From assembly GCA_977016875.1 (NCBI GenBank), contig CDRNST010000057.1, forward strand, positions 2,232,001 to 2,296,000: 64,000 nucleotides of DNA. The letters are read 5' to 3'. Positions 62,831-64,000 of the stretch are shown here, piece after piece; the stretch's first letter is position 1; each line of letters starts with the position of its first letter. The DNA is from Pavona decussata. Its lineage: Eukaryota. The notes under the pieces were generated by a model. The model made no database searches, was not told where the DNA came from, and saw nothing but the letters and a program-made list of their open reading frames with translations. Position numbers and translations under genes: made by a program.

Positions 62831-64000
62831 AACAGAGAGCCAAATAACCGCAAAATCGCGTGACTTACAAAGAACATTTTAATCATGGCACGTTCCGGAC
62901 TTCTCTATCGCCCCTTTATCGTCACATCTTAAGCTGATTTGTCTCTCGGATCGGACATTGTTAGCAGAGTTTTCTGCTTAAAAAAAAAAGCGAGGCAAAG
63001 TTGCTGCTGGTAATTTCTACATTAAATGTGTTTTAGTAAACAAAGAAAAACTAATGCCAACTCAAAATCTAGGTCCCGCGAAACAGTGGTTTAATGTAAA
63101 CTTTGGCCAAAGCCGGGTCCTCGTTATGTTTGTGAGTGCCAGATGAAATCGAGGAATAAGGGAAGTGGTCAAAACAGGACTCACCAAACCACAAAATAGA
63201 TGGTGGTGGTGGTCTCTGCCTGCCCCCCTCCCCCCCCCCCCCCCCTTCCTCAACCTCGAATGATGGTGTCTTTATTGCACAGCCACCCCTCTATCTGGCA
63301 GTAAAAAATGACAATGAAATTCAAACCACACCTTTCTCGTTTATCTAGCAATGCTGACTCTTGCTAGCTAAACCAGTTTCCGTGTCATCTCAAAATTTTA
63401 AAGCCAGATTTTGTCCGTAATGTTCATGGAATAGGTGGTGTCTTCGATAATCCCCGCTACCGCAGGCAAGGTGGGTCCTCTCTGAAAAAAATTGTTATGA
63501 CCCGTTTTCTCTAGGTTCCAACTGTTCTGGGGTGCTGTTTGTGGAGTAAAACATTAAAATTCGTTTTTTTTTCCAAGGGAGCGAGAGAAGTGAAGGCAAG
63601 CTTCCCGGGAGAAGGCCCAAAAAACCACAATTTTTTCCTCCTGTTTGTGCTCCACGCCTTCACGACCCTTCCGCGCTCTCGGAAAGGCCGGAAACGAGCG
63701 CTACGCTACCTTTTAGAGAAAGATCTCTGTTTTTAACTTTAATACGACACAGGGCTCATTTAATCCAGCCTGCTGAATTGGACTACCCTGTGCAAGTAAA
63801 TATTGGCTGGAAAAAGAAAATTAATAAAGCCCGTTTGACCAAGGCTTGTAAATTGTTAAGAGCAAATAATTTTTATTGCTATTGTTGTTGTTTTACATGT
63901 AAAACATGAAAATGTAATTAAAAAACGTGATGTACAGAACGGTTTTACCATAGTTACTTGAGGGACTGGGTAGGAAACCTTGCCATGAAAACAATAGTGC

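Overview
Eukaryotic, intron-rich, repeat-dense animal DNA. The repeat families and gene style suggest a cnidarian, probably a stony coral; this is an inference. Gene content reconstructed by hand from splice sites and reading-frame phase: (1) a small spliced gene largely missed by the ORF track (+, CDS 10741-12306, 125 aa, mitochondrial-presequence-like N-terminus, acidic C-terminus, no family I recognise); (2) two head-to-head choline dehydrogenase (GMC oxidoreductase) paralogues with identical 7-coding-exon structure. CHDH-A (-, 20949-15014, 589 aa) is canonical and has a GC-AG intron. CHDH-B (+, 24583-32851, 585 aa) is divergent, with Glu->Gln at the choline-anchoring position; (3) an orphan signal-peptide first exon between them (-, 23620-23561); (4) a convergent cluster of five single-LIM, Gly-rich CRIP/CSRP/muscle-LIM-like genes (40700-60478), one of them frameshifted. 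The non-genic part holds nested LINE fragments, many MITEs (Kolobok-, piggyBac- and Transib-like ends), tRNA-derived SINEs and a ~100-bp satellite. There are also several hammerhead-ribozyme motifs, including an intact type I hammerhead in sense orientation inside the intron of one LIM gene. Assembly gaps: 7408-7535 and 59726-59917.
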